Notes under the pieces: generated by a model
The model's database searches: none
Told to the model about the DNA's origin: nothing
Seen by the model: the letters and a program-made list of their open reading frames with translations, nothing else
Translations under genes and position numbers: made by a program
In this document: piece after piece, positions 14,221-24,045 of the stretch
Numbering within the stretch: position 1 is the stretch's first letter
Layout: every line of letters starts with the position of its first letter
DNA from: a virus
Length of the DNA stretch: 64,000 nucleotides
Virus record (IMG/VR): IMGVR_UViG_3300008108_000011
Location: 1-64,000 of that record
Strand: one strand, 5' to 3'

Positions 14221-14264
14221 TAGGGTTATTCTCCGAATAAGACAGGTTTAGGCAGAGTTATTTA

Positions 14265-17200
14265 TCAATCAACGTAATACTGACCAGAAACAATTTGCTG
14301 AGCACTATTTGTGAAGTCAGCATCTGTTATACCATTTCCACCATTTTCAATTAATGTTATTGAAGTATTACCACCAACAATTCTATATGTAATAATGTTG
14401 TCGAATGTAATGCCACCAATATCAGCTCCAACAGCTGCTCCATATCCTTGATTTCCAGCTCCTGGGGTAAATGGTAATCCAGCGATTGTAGCAATACCAG
14501 TAGCAGTTCCTTTATTACTTATATTTAAAAGTATATTAAATAAAACTCTGTTGCCAATTTTTGTATATCTTCCCACTCTTACCGAATAAACTACTCCTAG
14601 ATCACTTCCACCAAAAGCTATTGAAGGTGTAAATGATCCCTCTTCATAATCATTCAACAACTCAGAAGTCATGCCAGCATTATTAGAATTAGCAGAGAAG
14701 TCAATACCTTTGCCAGATGTTCCGATGATTAGGTTGCCTCTATTGACAGTAACATCACCGAGATGTGAGATAGTTAGACCTTGCTGAGGACCAGTGGTGT
14801 AGTTATCGGTCGTAGCAAGTGTCATTGCTGTTCCGATGGTATTGTTGTTTACTACATAGATACCTGCTTGTGCTTCGTCTGTTGCGTTACCACGGAATGT
14901 AATAGCAACTTGTCTAGCAGCACCACCAGTTCCAGCAGCATTACCAAAGTGAATGCCACCTTTAACTGTCTTAGCAATACTGAATGTGTTGTTAGCGAGA
15001 GATGTGGCAGCATCGTTTGTAAGAGTTAATGCTGCTGAACCTACAGTAGAGAACGAAGATGAAATAGCACCAGAAGTGCTTAAACTTGTAAGTGTTCCAA
15101 CTTGTGTCAAACTGGAAGTAGTAACACCCGCACCCAAACTGAATGAACCAGTTGAAGGACCAATTTGACTGCCACTAGCAATCAATACGTTACCGATTCT
15201 ATATTGCTTACCAGTAGCAAGGTCAAAGTTTTCTGTAGATGTGAATGCTGTTGTGGCATTTACATAAGTTATAGACTTATCGGTGGTTCCTTTAACACGG
15301 AAACCTCCACCATCAGCTGTGGTATCTGTAGCACCAGTTGACACAAACGTAGCAGTGCCAGAAGAACCAGTAACTGGATTTGATAACGTAGCAGTATTAT
15401 TAGTAATCGAAACAATCGTTGTGCCAGCAGGAACACTTAAACCAGCAGTAGAAATGCTAACTGCCATACCAGCAATCAATCCTGTAACAGGTGAAATTGC
15501 AGTAATATTAGCACTATTGCTTACGATAGTTGCTGTAAATGTTCTTGCAGAAACGTCAGCAAGATCAATCAGTTTATCATCAATACTTAATACATTAGTA
15601 TTAATTGTTGTTGTGGTTCCATTCACAGTCAAATTACCGCTGACAATTAAGTTGCCGCCAACGTTTGCGTTTTGTGGAAGAGTAACATCGAAGTTTGCAT
15701 CTCCACGAATCCAAGTAGCAGTGCCAGAACCAATAACTAACTGGTTGTCACCTGATGGTGATGGTGGAGTGTGAGTTACGTTAGTATTGTTGCCGTCAGG
15801 TGCTGGTCCGATTAATACATTACCGTTACCAGTAGCACCAGCACCAGCATAATAACCAATCGCTACGTTATCTGTTCCAGTTGTATTTCCTTCTAAAGTA
15901 TTGGATCCAACGCCAACATTTCTTTCGCCAGTTAGTAACCCCGTGAGAGCACTTCTACCAATACCAATATTATTTTGACCCGTGCTTAGATTGGTCAGTG
16001 CTTGATAACCAACAGCAACAGTAGCAGCACCAGAGTTGACTGTCTTAGCAGCTTCATAACCAATAGCAGTGTTCTGACTACCTGAAGTGTTTGAGTTCAA
16101 GCAGTTGAAACCCATTCTGGTGTTGGTAGCAATCGCGTTACCACCTCTACCGATTGCGATTGGGTTTGCTCCACCTCCGCGAATGGTGAAGTCAGCATTA
16201 ACAAAGTCTACAGTTCCATTCAGGTTGACAACATCACCAACAACGTCACCTAAGTTTGTTGTTCCATTTACAGTTAACCCATTTCTTATGGTTGTCGTTC
16301 CAGTTGTAGCACCGATGTTAACCGCAGTGGCAGCACCGAAAGCATTGATTGTTGTTGCTGTGGTGTTGAAGACAGCAAACGTAGTGCTACCAGTAAGAAC
16401 GCTGGTGGTAAATGTGGGTGATGTTCCGAATACAGCAACGCCAGTTCCAGTTTCATCACTCAAAACACCACGAAGTTGTGCCGAAGTTGTTGAACCAAAT
16501 ACTGATAGGTTGTTGGTTGTGTAAACAACCGTTCCACCAGTTCCAAATCCAACTGTTGAACCATCAGTTCCACTGAAAGTTAGAGTGTTGTTTGCAGTGA
16601 GTGTTTTGTTGTTAGCAATCGTTAGAGTTCCACTAACTGTCTGTGAGATTGCTAGACCGTTGATTGTTGTAGCTGTAGCAGCACCAAGAGTTGGTGTAGT
16701 AAATGTTGGGTTGGTAAGTGTTTTGTTTGTGAGTGTTTGTGTCTCCCCTTCAGTTACCAATCGGTTGGCAACTGAACCATCATAAACTCTCCAGTAACCA
16801 CCAGATTCAAACCACTGCATCACGCTGTAGGATGAAACAACACCCAAAGCATTGGTGGTTCTATTGACCTGAACACCAGCATCAACACCAGTTAGGTTTA
16901 ATCCTTTTCTAAGTTCAATCTGTGCGTCAGCAATAACAAGTGTTTGTGATTCGATTGTTGAAGTTGTTCCTGTAACTGTTAAGTTACCAGCGATGGTGAT
17001 AGTTGAACCATCATCAGAAATAATACTGTTTGTTATCTGTGAGTTACCACTATCCCATTTAAGTAATCTGTTGCCAGTCAGGTTAGCATTATTTTTGAGT
17101 GAGAATGTAGTGCCTGTTAATGTAATTGCAGTTCCAGCTGAATATGTGGTATCGTTATCTGTTGAACTGATAGTAAAAGTATTTGCTGCAGCGCCAGATC

Positions 17201-18263
17201 CTCTAGTAACAGTCGTAAAACCACCACCAGTAATATTAATTATTCCAGTTCTGGCATTTCCATCTGATTCACCATTTACTTTTAAACTAGTTACAGTGTT
17301 TACATATTGCGAATCAATTGTAATAGTATTACCAACCTGAGATATAGATGCAGCACCAGTAGTTGTATTAACACCATTTGCTCCTGCTGTAGTTGATCCA
17401 GTCGCCGTGGCAAATGTAAAATCACCAGATCCTAATGTTCCTCCAGTTGCTCTCAACCTAGTTACAGTATCTTGAGAAGAAATAGTAATATCTGTAGGTG
17501 TGCCTACAGACTGATTGATTGTTACATTACTTCCAGCAAGAAGCTGCAAATCACCAGAGGTATAAATTCCAGCTGCTGTTCCTCTTAGTCTTGTAACAGT
17601 ATTGACGTAGTTTGCATCAATGGTAATTGTATTTCCAACTTGCGAAATAGCGGCTGCATTACCACTAACTGCAAAAGTAACATCACCAGAGACTAAATTA
17701 CCTCCACTTGCTGCAACACGAGTAACAGTATTTGTATCAATGTAACTAGAATTAATTGTAATGGCATCACCAGTTCTTGTTAATGTAACGTTTGTTCCTG
17801 CTACTAAATTTACATCATCATCAACACCAGCTCCAGAGTTACCACCAGAAGTTAAACGAATAACTTTAGTTGCTGCGTTACCTCCATCTTGTGCTGAGAT
17901 AGAATATGTTGTGTTGTTATCTGGAGTTGTTACTGTTCCCCCCAAAGAAATTGCTGTTCCATTGACAGTAATTGAAGAGTTAACTAGAGCACTATTTGGA
18001 ATGAAAGTAAATGTATTTGTTGTGCCAGAAATGAAAGAAGATTCAATCGTTTTGTTTGTTAAAGTTTGATTGGCAGTTAAGTATACATCACCAGGATTAT
18101 CCCAGATAACAGTTGTTCCATTGGTCTTTAGGTATTGACCAGTAGTTCCTAAGGTATTATTCGCAACTAAGCCACTACTTGTTAGATCTAAATTGTCACC
18201 AGCAACAAGCTCTTCAATTTTTTTTGTTGTTGCATTGACTATTAACGGAAAGCGATTTGCCAT
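14265..18263 (-). CDS. tail fibre protein (1332 aa)
   Basis: MANRFPLIV N-terminus, Gly/Thr/Asn-rich, 14-residue NxA(I/V)GxxA repeats, DYEEGSFTP C-terminal module; late promoter at 18301-18308 on the minus strand. Confidence 0.85.
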   Translation of the reverse strand: MANRFPLIVNATTKKIEELVAGDNLDLTSSGLVANNTLGTTGQYLKTNGTTVIWDNPGDVYLTANQTLTNKTIESSFISGTTNTFTFIPNSALVNSSITVNGTAISLGGTVTTPDNNTTYSISAQDGGNAATKVIRLTSGGNSGAGVDDDVNLVAGTNVTLTRTGDAITINSSYIDTNTVTRVAASGGNLVSGDVTFAVSGNAAAISQVGNTITIDANYVNTVTRLRGTAAGIYTSGDLQLLAGSNVTINQSVGTPTDITISSQDTVTRLRATGGTLGSGDFTFATATGSTTAGANGVNTTTGAASISQVGNTITIDSQYVNTVTSLKVNGESDGNARTGIINITGGGFTTVTRGSGAAANTFTISSTDNDTTYSAGTAITLTGTTFSLKNNANLTGNRLLKWDSGNSQITNSIISDDGSTITIAGNLTVTGTTSTIESQTLVIADAQIELRKGLNLTGVDAGVQVNRTTNALGVVSSYSVMQWFESGGYWRVYDGSVANRLVTEGETQTLTNKTLTNPTFTTPTLGAATATTINGLAISQTVSGTLTIANNKTLTANNTLTFSGTDGSTVGFGTGGTVVYTTNNLSVFGSTTSAQLRGVLSDETGTGVAVFGTSPTFTTSVLTGSTTFAVFNTTATTINAFGAATAVNIGATTGTTTIRNGLTVNGTTNLGDVVGDVVNLNGTVDFVNADFTIRGGGANPIAIGRGGNAIATNTRMGFNCLNSNTSGSQNTAIGYEAAKTVNSGAATVAVGYQALTNLSTGQNNIGIGRSALTGLLTGERNVGVGSNTLEGNTTGTDNVAIGYYAGAGATGNGNVLIGPAPDGNNTNVTHTPPSPSGDNQLVIGSGTATWIRGDANFDVTLPQNANVGGNLIVSGNLTVNGTTTTINTNVLSIDDKLIDLADVSARTFTATIVSNSANITAISPVTGLIAGMAVSISTAGLSVPAGTTIVSITNNTATLSNPVTGSSGTATFVSTGATDTTADGGGFRVKGTTDKSITYVNATTAFTSTENFDLATGKQYRIGNVLIASGSQIGPSTGSFSLGAGVTTSSLTQVGTLTSLSTSGAISSSFSTVGSAALTLTNDAATSLANNTFSIAKTVKGGIHFGNAAGTGGAARQVAITFRGNATDEAQAGIYVVNNNTIGTAMTLATTDNYTTGPQQGLTISHLGDVTVNRGNLIIGTSGKGIDFSANSNNAGMTSELLNDYEEGSFTPSIAFGGSDLGVVYSVRVGRYTKIGNRVLFNILLNISNKGTATGIATIAGLPFTPGAGNQGYGAAVGADIGGITFDNIITYRIVGGNTSITLIENGGNGITDADFTNSAQQIVSGQYYVD

Positions 18264-18327
18264 TACACGACGCCCGTAGGAAAATGAGTTCTATTTATGT
18301 TATTTATAAATGGTTCTGTCAAGGGGC

Positions 18328-18361
18328 TTGACAGGTGCGGGGAACCGTGCTACTATAAATA
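18328..18361 (+). promoter_or_regulatory. overlapping sigma70 and late promoters of psbA
   Basis: TTGACA...TACTAT and TATAAATA (18354-18361). Confidence 0.7.
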
Positions 18362-18421
18362 AATGTTAAGGAACGTTACGTTTCTTAATAATACTTACCT
18401 CAACTACTCGGAGTATTTTCA

Positions 18422-19504
18422 ATGACTGCAACTATCGCACAACAACGCGGTGGTGAAAACATTTGGGAAAGCTTCTGCGAGTGGGTTACCTCTACCAACA
18501 ATCGTCTTTATGTTGGGTGGTTCGGAACTCTCATGATTCCTACCCTTCTTGCAGCAACCATCTGTTTCATCGTCGCTTTCATCGCTGCCCCTCCCGTCGA
18601 TATCGACGGCATTCGTGAACCTGTTGCTGGTTCACTCATGTATGGAAACAACATCATCTCTGGTGCCGTTGTTCCTTCTTCAAATGCTATTGGTCTGCAT
18701 TTTTATCCTATCTGGAATGCAATGTCACTCGATGAGTGGCTATATAATGGTGGTCCTTATCAACTGGTGGTCTTCCACTTCCTTATCGGTGTCTTCTCTT
18801 ACATGGGTCGTGAATGGGAACTCTCTTACCGACTGGGTATGCGTCCTTGGATTTGTGTTGCCTACAGCGCACCCGTTGCTGCTGCTACTGCAGTTTTCCT
18901 CGTCTATCCCTTTGGGCAAGGTTCCTTCTCTGATGGTATGCCGCTCGGCATTAGTGGAACATTTAACTACATGCTTGTTTTTCAGGCGGAGCATAACATC
19001 CTCATGCACCCCTTCCATATGCTTGGGGTGGCTGGTGTATTTGGCGGTTCTCTTTTCTCTGCTATGCATGGATCTCTGGTCACTAGTTCCCTCGTTCGTG
19101 AAACCACGGAAGTAGAGTCTCAGAACTATGGTTACAAGTTCGGTCAAGAAGAAGAGACCTACAACATTGTTGCTGCACACGGTTACTTTGGTCGTCTCAT
19201 CTTCCAATACGCTTCGTTCAACAACTCTCGTTCACTGCACTTCTTCCTTGCTGCTTGGCCTGTAGTTGGTATCTGGTTTGCTGCTCTCGGTGTTAGCACC
19301 ATGGCATTCAACCTCAACGGTTTCAACTTCAACCAGTCTCTGCTTGATAACAAGGGTCATGTAATCAACACTTGGGCAGACATCCTCAACCGCGCCAACC
19401 TTGGATTTGAGGTAATGCACGAGCGTAATGCTCACAACTTCCCTCTTGACCTTGCTGCTGCTGAGATGACTCCTGTTGCTCTCACTGCACCTGCTATCGG
19501 TTGA
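18422..19504 (+). CDS. psbA: photosystem II D1 protein (E130 high-light-type form)
   Basis: Full-length D1; D61, D170, E189, H332, E333, D342, A344 intact; no intron. Confidence 0.99.
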   Translation: MTATIAQQRGGENIWESFCEWVTSTNNRLYVGWFGTLMIPTLLAATICFIVAFIAAPPVDIDGIREPVAGSLMYGNNIISGAVVPSSNAIGLHFYPIWNAMSLDEWLYNGGPYQLVVFHFLIGVFSYMGREWELSYRLGMRPWICVAYSAPVAAATAVFLVYPFGQGSFSDGMPLGISGTFNYMLVFQAEHNILMHPFHMLGVAGVFGGSLFSAMHGSLVTSSLVRETTEVESQNYGYKFGQEEETYNIVAAHGYFGRLIFQYASFNNSRSLHFFLAAWPVVGIWFAALGVSTMAFNLNGFNFNQSLLDNKGHVINTWADILNRANLGFEVMHERNAHNFPLDLAAAEMTPVALTAPAIG

Positions 19505-19529
19505 CACTTAAGTTAAAATCAGGTAAACT

Positions 19530-19552
19530 AGGAGGGGAAACCCTCCTTTTTT
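19530..19552 (+). terminator. intrinsic terminator after psbA
   Basis: AGGAGGG-GAAA-CCCTCCT-T5. Confidence 0.85.
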
Positions 19553-19558
19553 ATTGGC

Positions 19559-20233
19559 ATGGAAGAAATTTTAAAATACGTTTTGGATGGAGGATCCGCC
19601 AAATATTTTAAAAATGCTTATAAAGAAGACCTAGTAACTATAGAGGATGTTAATAATTATATCAACAAAACAAATGCCAATGAATATGAACTTGCTATCA
19701 TAAAAAATCATTCTAGAATAACCACTCCCATAAAAAAATATGGTTGGAGAAATTCTTGGAATACTAAAATGCTTCAAAAATATTGGAATGAAGGATGTGC
19801 ATTCGTTTTGCATACTATACATCTCAATGAAAAATTAAAAAAATTAATTAAATCATTAGAAGAATATTCAGGTATGCAATTTGATTCTCACATCTATTGT
19901 GGAAAAGCAGGAAGCACATCGTATAACTATCATTGTGATGTAAGTCATAATCTAATCATACAGTGTCAGGGTGTTACTAGATGGAGAGTATATCCATTGA
20001 TAACTAAACAATCTATGACTTTTTCAGAAATGAAATTGGATCCAATCATAGATGTTACAATGAATCCTGGAGATGTAATCTGGATTCCAATGTTTCAAGT
20101 TCATTATGCTGAACCTATTACAGATAGATTAAGTGTTAGTCTTCCATTTTCTTCGCCATGTAAGGAAAGAACTACTATACAACCACCAGTTAATTTTACA
20201 ATAAATACTCAACGATATTTGGAGAACCATTAA
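19559..20233 (+). CDS. JmjC/cupin 2-oxoglutarate-Fe(II) oxygenase
   Basis: HxD (YHCD) ... PGDVIWIP...H facial triad. Confidence 0.8.
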   Translation: MEEILKYVLDGGSAKYFKNAYKEDLVTIEDVNNYINKTNANEYELAIIKNHSRITTPIKKYGWRNSWNTKMLQKYWNEGCAFVLHTIHLNEKLKKLIKSLEEYSGMQFDSHIYCGKAGSTSYNYHCDVSHNLIIQCQGVTRWRVYPLITKQSMTFSEMKLDPIIDVTMNPGDVIWIPMFQVHYAEPITDRLSVSLPFSSPCKERTTIQPPVNFTINTQRYLENH

Positions 20234-20583
20234 TGATTGACGAAGTGCTAGGTGTGCATCACATTGCGGAGCTGTGTGAATGCAATCCCGATCTATTAAA
20301 TGACTCAGAGTTTATTAGCACTTCCCTCAGGCAAGCAGTAGAACATGCTAACGCAACGTTACTAGAAGAAGTTAAATACGAATTCACGCCACAGGGAATC
20401 ACTGCTGTTTGCTTGCTATCAGAAAGTCATATTAGTATTCATACGTGGCCCGAGAAAGGATATGCTGCTGTGGATATCTTTACTTGTGGTGATCACACTA
20501 TGCCAGGCAAAGCTTGCGAATACATGGTGCAGGTGCTAGAATGTATGAAACCAAACATTCAAGTATATACAAGAGGTATCTGA
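20233..20583 (+). CDS. speD: S-adenosylmethionine decarboxylase
   Basis: LLSESHISIHTWPE...AVDIFTCG. Confidence 0.95.
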   Translation: MIDEVLGVHHIAELCECNPDLLNDSEFISTSLRQAVEHANATLLEEVKYEFTPQGITAVCLLSESHISIHTWPEKGYAAVDIFTCGDHTMPGKACEYMVQVLECMKPNIQVYTRGI

Positions 20584-20837
20584 TGGAAATAGTAGCTTAT
20601 ACATTGTCAGGATGCAATCACTGCACAAGTCTTAAAGAATTATTTCGCAGAGCACAAACAGACTATACTGAGGTTATGGTCAAGAGGGATATGCTTTTAG
20701 AAGATTTTCAGAAAGAATATCCAGGTATTACCCATTTTCCATATGTGGTAATTGATAAAGAACCTATTGGTGGATTGGTTGATGTTGTAAAAAGATTTGT
20801 TGCGAAAGGATTGGTGACTAGTTCTAGGAGGGAATAG
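20583..20837 (+). CDS. glutaredoxin-like protein
   Basis: CNHC, HFPYV, GG motifs. Confidence 0.8.
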   Translation: MEIVAYTLSGCNHCTSLKELFRRAQTDYTEVMVKRDMLLEDFQKEYPGITHFPYVVIDKEPIGGLVDVVKRFVAKGLVTSSRRE

Positions 20838-20838
20838 A

Positions 20839-21195
20839 GTGGCGTCGCTCAATGAGATTTACGATCTAATAAACACTGCTATTGATACTGCATTTATGAA
20901 GGAAAAGTATCAATTGAATTTTTATGAGTATCTTGAATCAGAAAAAGTAAAGAAAGATTACATACAATCTTTTATATCTTCTTCTTTGGGAGTTGCGATT
21001 ATACATCAGATAGAAGAATTGGATTTGTATCTAGATGGTGGGAGTCAAGCTGCTTTTGTTAGAGAATCATATGGATGGATGGGGAAACCTAGAGCAAGGA
21101 GAATGAAAGAATATCTTGAAAAGATTATGAGTGATGCAAAAAAGTATGAGCAATCCAAAAGACCAGGAAGGAAATCAAAAACTTCAAATAAATAA
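20839..21195 (+). CDS. conserved cyanophage hypothetical protein
   Basis: LNFYEYL...REAY-like...KPRAR pattern; GTG start. Confidence 0.7.
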   Translation: MASLNEIYDLINTAIDTAFMKEKYQLNFYEYLESEKVKKDYIQSFISSSLGVAIIHQIEELDLYLDGGSQAAFVRESYGWMGKPRARRMKEYLEKIMSDAKKYEQSKRPGRKSKTSNK

Positions 21196-21343
21196 GGGTA
21201 TAGAATTCATGTTGCGTAGGAGGGTTGATAAAGTCAAACCTAGACATGGATTAACACTGAGTAAATCATTCAACCTCCTACGCAGAACATACCATTTTAA
21301 TTTGGAGTTCTCTTGGGAGGTTGACAAACCAACAAGGGAGTAG
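21131..21343 (+). CDS. hypothetical protein (true start likely downstream)
   Basis: INKGIEFMLRRR pattern recalled from cyanophages. Confidence 0.4.
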   Translation: MMQKSMSNPKDQEGNQKLQINKGIEFMLRRRVDKVKPRHGLTLSKSFNLLRRTYHFNLEFSWEVDKPTRE

Positions 21344-21347
21344 TAAG

Positions 21348-21590
21348 ATGGAGTCAGCAACACCATACATCCTGTTCTTTAGTGGAATAGGTATCGTAGG
21401 ATCTTTTATGATCGGTCTAATGATTGGATGGTTCGGAAACGATATCGTCTATGCATTTTTAAACAAGAATAGGATTCAACCAATGCATCCTGAAATGTTT
21501 GATGAGAACGGTCAACTGATTCCCGACGAGATTGTAGCAGTTCGCTTTGAGAATTCTGAAGATTTTGAGGATTACGACGACGAGGATTAA
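21348..21590 (+). CDS. conserved TM hypothetical protein
   Basis: TM helix then HPEMFDENG.LIPDEIVAVRFEN; sigma70 promoter 21321-21349. Confidence 0.7.
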   Translation: MESATPYILFFSGIGIVGSFMIGLMIGWFGNDIVYAFLNKNRIQPMHPEMFDENGQLIPDEIVAVRFENSEDFEDYDDED

Positions 21591-22481
21591 ATGATTCTTA
21601 TTGATATGAATCAGATTATGATTAGTAATCTGATGATGCAACTGAAGGGCGATGCTCTAAATGAAAATCTTGTTCGTCATATGGTGCTTACTGCCCTTCG
21701 AGCATTTGAAAGACAATACTCCCCTAAGTTCGGTGAGATTGTTTTAGCTTATGACAGTAAGCACTACTGGCGAAAAGAAGCATTCCCTTATTACAAACAG
21801 AATAGAAAGAAAGATCGAGAAGCATCCGATCTAGATTGGAATGCAATCTTTGAAGTTCTGAATAAGATACGCGATGAGATTAAAACCTTTTTTCCATACA
21901 AGGTGGTGGAAGTTTATGGCGCTGAGGCAGATGATGTTATCAGCACACTCACTACTTACCAAGCTTATCGCAATATCAAACTTCAAAAAGAAGGTAAAGA
22001 TGCTGAGGAAGTATTAATTCTTTCGGGAGACAAAGACTTTATTCAGCTACAGAAGTATCCATTTGTGAAGCAATACAATCCGATTCTTAAGAAGGAGATT
22101 AAACATGATGACCCTAAAGCATACGCTAGAGAGCATATCATTAAGGGAGATAAGTCAGATGGCATACCTAACTTCTTATCTGATGCTGATACATTTGTGG
22201 TAGGCAAGAGACAGAAACCTATAAGTAAGAAAAACTTAGAAAAGTGGGTGAACCAAGACCCATCTGTATTCTGTTTAACGCAAGAAGCTGCTCAAAATTA
22301 TGAGCGTAATCGGAAATTAATCGATCTTACTTGCATTCCTGAGCATCTTGCTACTGAGATTGTATCTTGTTACAAGTCACTAAATAGCAACGAAAGGAAA
22401 GTTCCACTAGAATACTTTCAACAACATCAACTTACGAAGTTGATGGAAGAATATGTATTTCGTAACACACAACCATTTTGA
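21591..22481 (+). CDS. rnh: T4-type RNase H (5'-3' exonuclease)
   Basis: LIDMNQ, EADDVI, SGDKDFIQL, KGDKSDGIPN motifs. Confidence 0.93.
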   Translation: MILIDMNQIMISNLMMQLKGDALNENLVRHMVLTALRAFERQYSPKFGEIVLAYDSKHYWRKEAFPYYKQNRKKDREASDLDWNAIFEVLNKIRDEIKTFFPYKVVEVYGAEADDVISTLTTYQAYRNIKLQKEGKDAEEVLILSGDKDFIQLQKYPFVKQYNPILKKEIKHDDPKAYAREHIIKGDKSDGIPNFLSDADTFVVGKRQKPISKKNLEKWVNQDPSVFCLTQEAAQNYERNRKLIDLTCIPEHLATEIVSCYKSLNSNERKVPLEYFQQHQLTKLMEEYVFRNTQPF

Positions 22482-22487
22482 ATTGAC

Positions 22488-22937
22488 ATGGCACCTAAAA
22501 CATATCGCCCTCTAATTTCAGAGGTGCTGCGTAAAGCTAACAACGCAAAGACTAAAGAAGAAAAGAAAAGAATTTTATTGGAGAACAACACACAAGTTCT
22601 TCGTTCTCTTTTTATCTGGAACTTTGATGAGAGCGTAGTGTCTATGCTACCAGAAGGAGAAGTTCCTTTTACTACTAATCCAGCACCAGAAGGAACAGAT
22701 CATCTATTGCTGGAGAATGAAGGTAAGAAAATGTTCCACTTCGTTAAGGGTGGATCTAACATCACTCAGAGTAAGCGTGAACAAATCTTTTTAGCAATGC
22801 TTGAGCAACTCCATCCAGATGAAGCAGAGATTCTTTGTCTCGTAAAGGATAAAAATCTTCAAAAGAAGTATACTCGTATTTCAAAAGCACTTATCCAAGA
22901 GACATTCCCACAAATTCAGTGGGGGGGTCGTAGCTAA
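22488..22937 (+). CDS. conserved T4-like hypothetical protein
   Basis: LPEGEVPF...REQIF..MLE.LHPDEA pattern. Confidence 0.8.
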   Translation: MAPKTYRPLISEVLRKANNAKTKEEKKRILLENNTQVLRSLFIWNFDESVVSMLPEGEVPFTTNPAPEGTDHLLLENEGKKMFHFVKGGSNITQSKREQIFLAMLEQLHPDEAEILCLVKDKNLQKKYTRISKALIQETFPQIQWGGRS

Positions 22938-23194
22938 TGAGAATTCTCCATCAAAACTGTGATCCTGAACTAGCAAAAGATAGATCTTTGCCCTATACAG
23001 CATATATTGTTGAGTATGAGATTGATGGAGCACTTGCACATGATATTGTCATTGCAAATAAACGCACCGATATCTTTGATCATTATTGGGATAAATATCG
23101 TGAGGGATTAAAAGGATTTAAACAAACCGAAGGTCGTGTAAATCCTAAACTTTGGGGATCTCAACCAAAAGAAACTAAAAAAGGTAAACGATAA
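22937..23194 (+). CDS. conserved cyanophage hypothetical protein
   Basis: CDPELAKDRSLP...IFDHYWDKY...QTEGR.NPKLWG. Confidence 0.75.
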   Translation: MRILHQNCDPELAKDRSLPYTAYIVEYEIDGALAHDIVIANKRTDIFDHYWDKYREGLKGFKQTEGRVNPKLWGSQPKETKKGKR

Positions 23195-23589
23195 TGGCAT
23201 TAGTTATACCAAATGTAGGAAAATCATTAGCACTGAATTACTTGGTAAATAAAACCTCTTCTACTGAGCAATTAGTTCTTAAGTTATTTTCTAATGATGT
23301 AACTCCCGCATCAACTACTATTAATTCTAATTTTGTGTATACTACTGCACAAAACGGATATGCTCCGATTACATTGAATGCAGCATCATGGACAATTTCT
23401 GATGGAACAGCATCATATCCAGAACAAACGTGGACATTGACGGGGCCTATTGGAAATGTGTATGGGTATGCTGTAGTTACCAGCACTACAAATACTGTTC
23501 TTATGGCAGAAAGATTTTCATCTGCTCCATATAATGTCGTATCTGTGGATGATAGAATTAGAGTAACTCTTAACATTAATTTAACATGA
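23194..23589 (+). CDS. beta-sandwich, structural-like hypothetical protein
   Basis: 131 aa; LKLFSND.TP...GYA.ITL...W...YPEQTWT pattern. Confidence 0.6.
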   Translation: MALVIPNVGKSLALNYLVNKTSSTEQLVLKLFSNDVTPASTTINSNFVYTTAQNGYAPITLNAASWTISDGTASYPEQTWTLTGPIGNVYGYAVVTSTTNTVLMAERFSSAPYNVVSVDDRIRVTLNINLT

Positions 23590-23840
23590 CACTCACTAAT
23601 CCAACAAAGAACTGGGTAGTTCGCTACCATCTTTCAGGCAAACCAGCGACACAATATAACTTTGCTGGTTGGAAAGAAAGTGGTAAACCTAGCTATACCG
23701 CCAAGTTTGATAAGATTGAAAAGTTCGAGAAAGCTGATGATGCATTTCGTATAGCAGTTCAACTTAATGAAACTGGAGATTATGTAGCAGAAGTAAAACG
23801 TATTTGTATTGCCCTAGGCGAAGATTATTATTTTATCTAA
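23586..23840 (+). CDS. hypothetical protein
   Basis: 84-aa coupled ORF. Confidence 0.6.
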   Translation: MTLTNPTKNWVVRYHLSGKPATQYNFAGWKESGKPSYTAKFDKIEKFEKADDAFRIAVQLNETGDYVAEVKRICIALGEDYYFI

Positions 23841-23844
23841 AACT

Positions 23845-24045
23845 ATGACTGAACAAACTATTGACATTGAAGCCCAAGAGGTGATAGAATCACCAGAGAT
23901 AGATCCACAAACTCCTTTTTTGAATGCCCAAATTAATCAAAAGGAATTAAAAAAAGTTATCAAGCAGTATAACCGCTATCGTAAATCTATTTTTGCTGAA
24001 ATTCGTCGTCTCGATGGTGCTCCCCAATATGACAATCCATTCTAA
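23845..24045 (+). CDS. hypothetical protein
   Basis: 66-aa ORF. Confidence 0.55.
   Translation: MTEQTIDIEAQEVIESPEIDPQTPFLNAQINQKELKKVIKQYNRYRKSIFAEIRRLDGAPQYDNPF

Noticed and set aside
14781-18069. Plus-strand ORFs opposite the tail fibre, and similar antisense ORFs opposite gp32, psbA and the giant gene
   Set aside because: They are shadow frames of strongly biased coding sequence, with no SD, promoter or recognisable motifs.
18422-19504. Group I intron or homing endonuclease in psbA, or intron in tRNA-Leu(TAA) at 46604
   Set aside because: Both genes are uninterrupted and of normal length.
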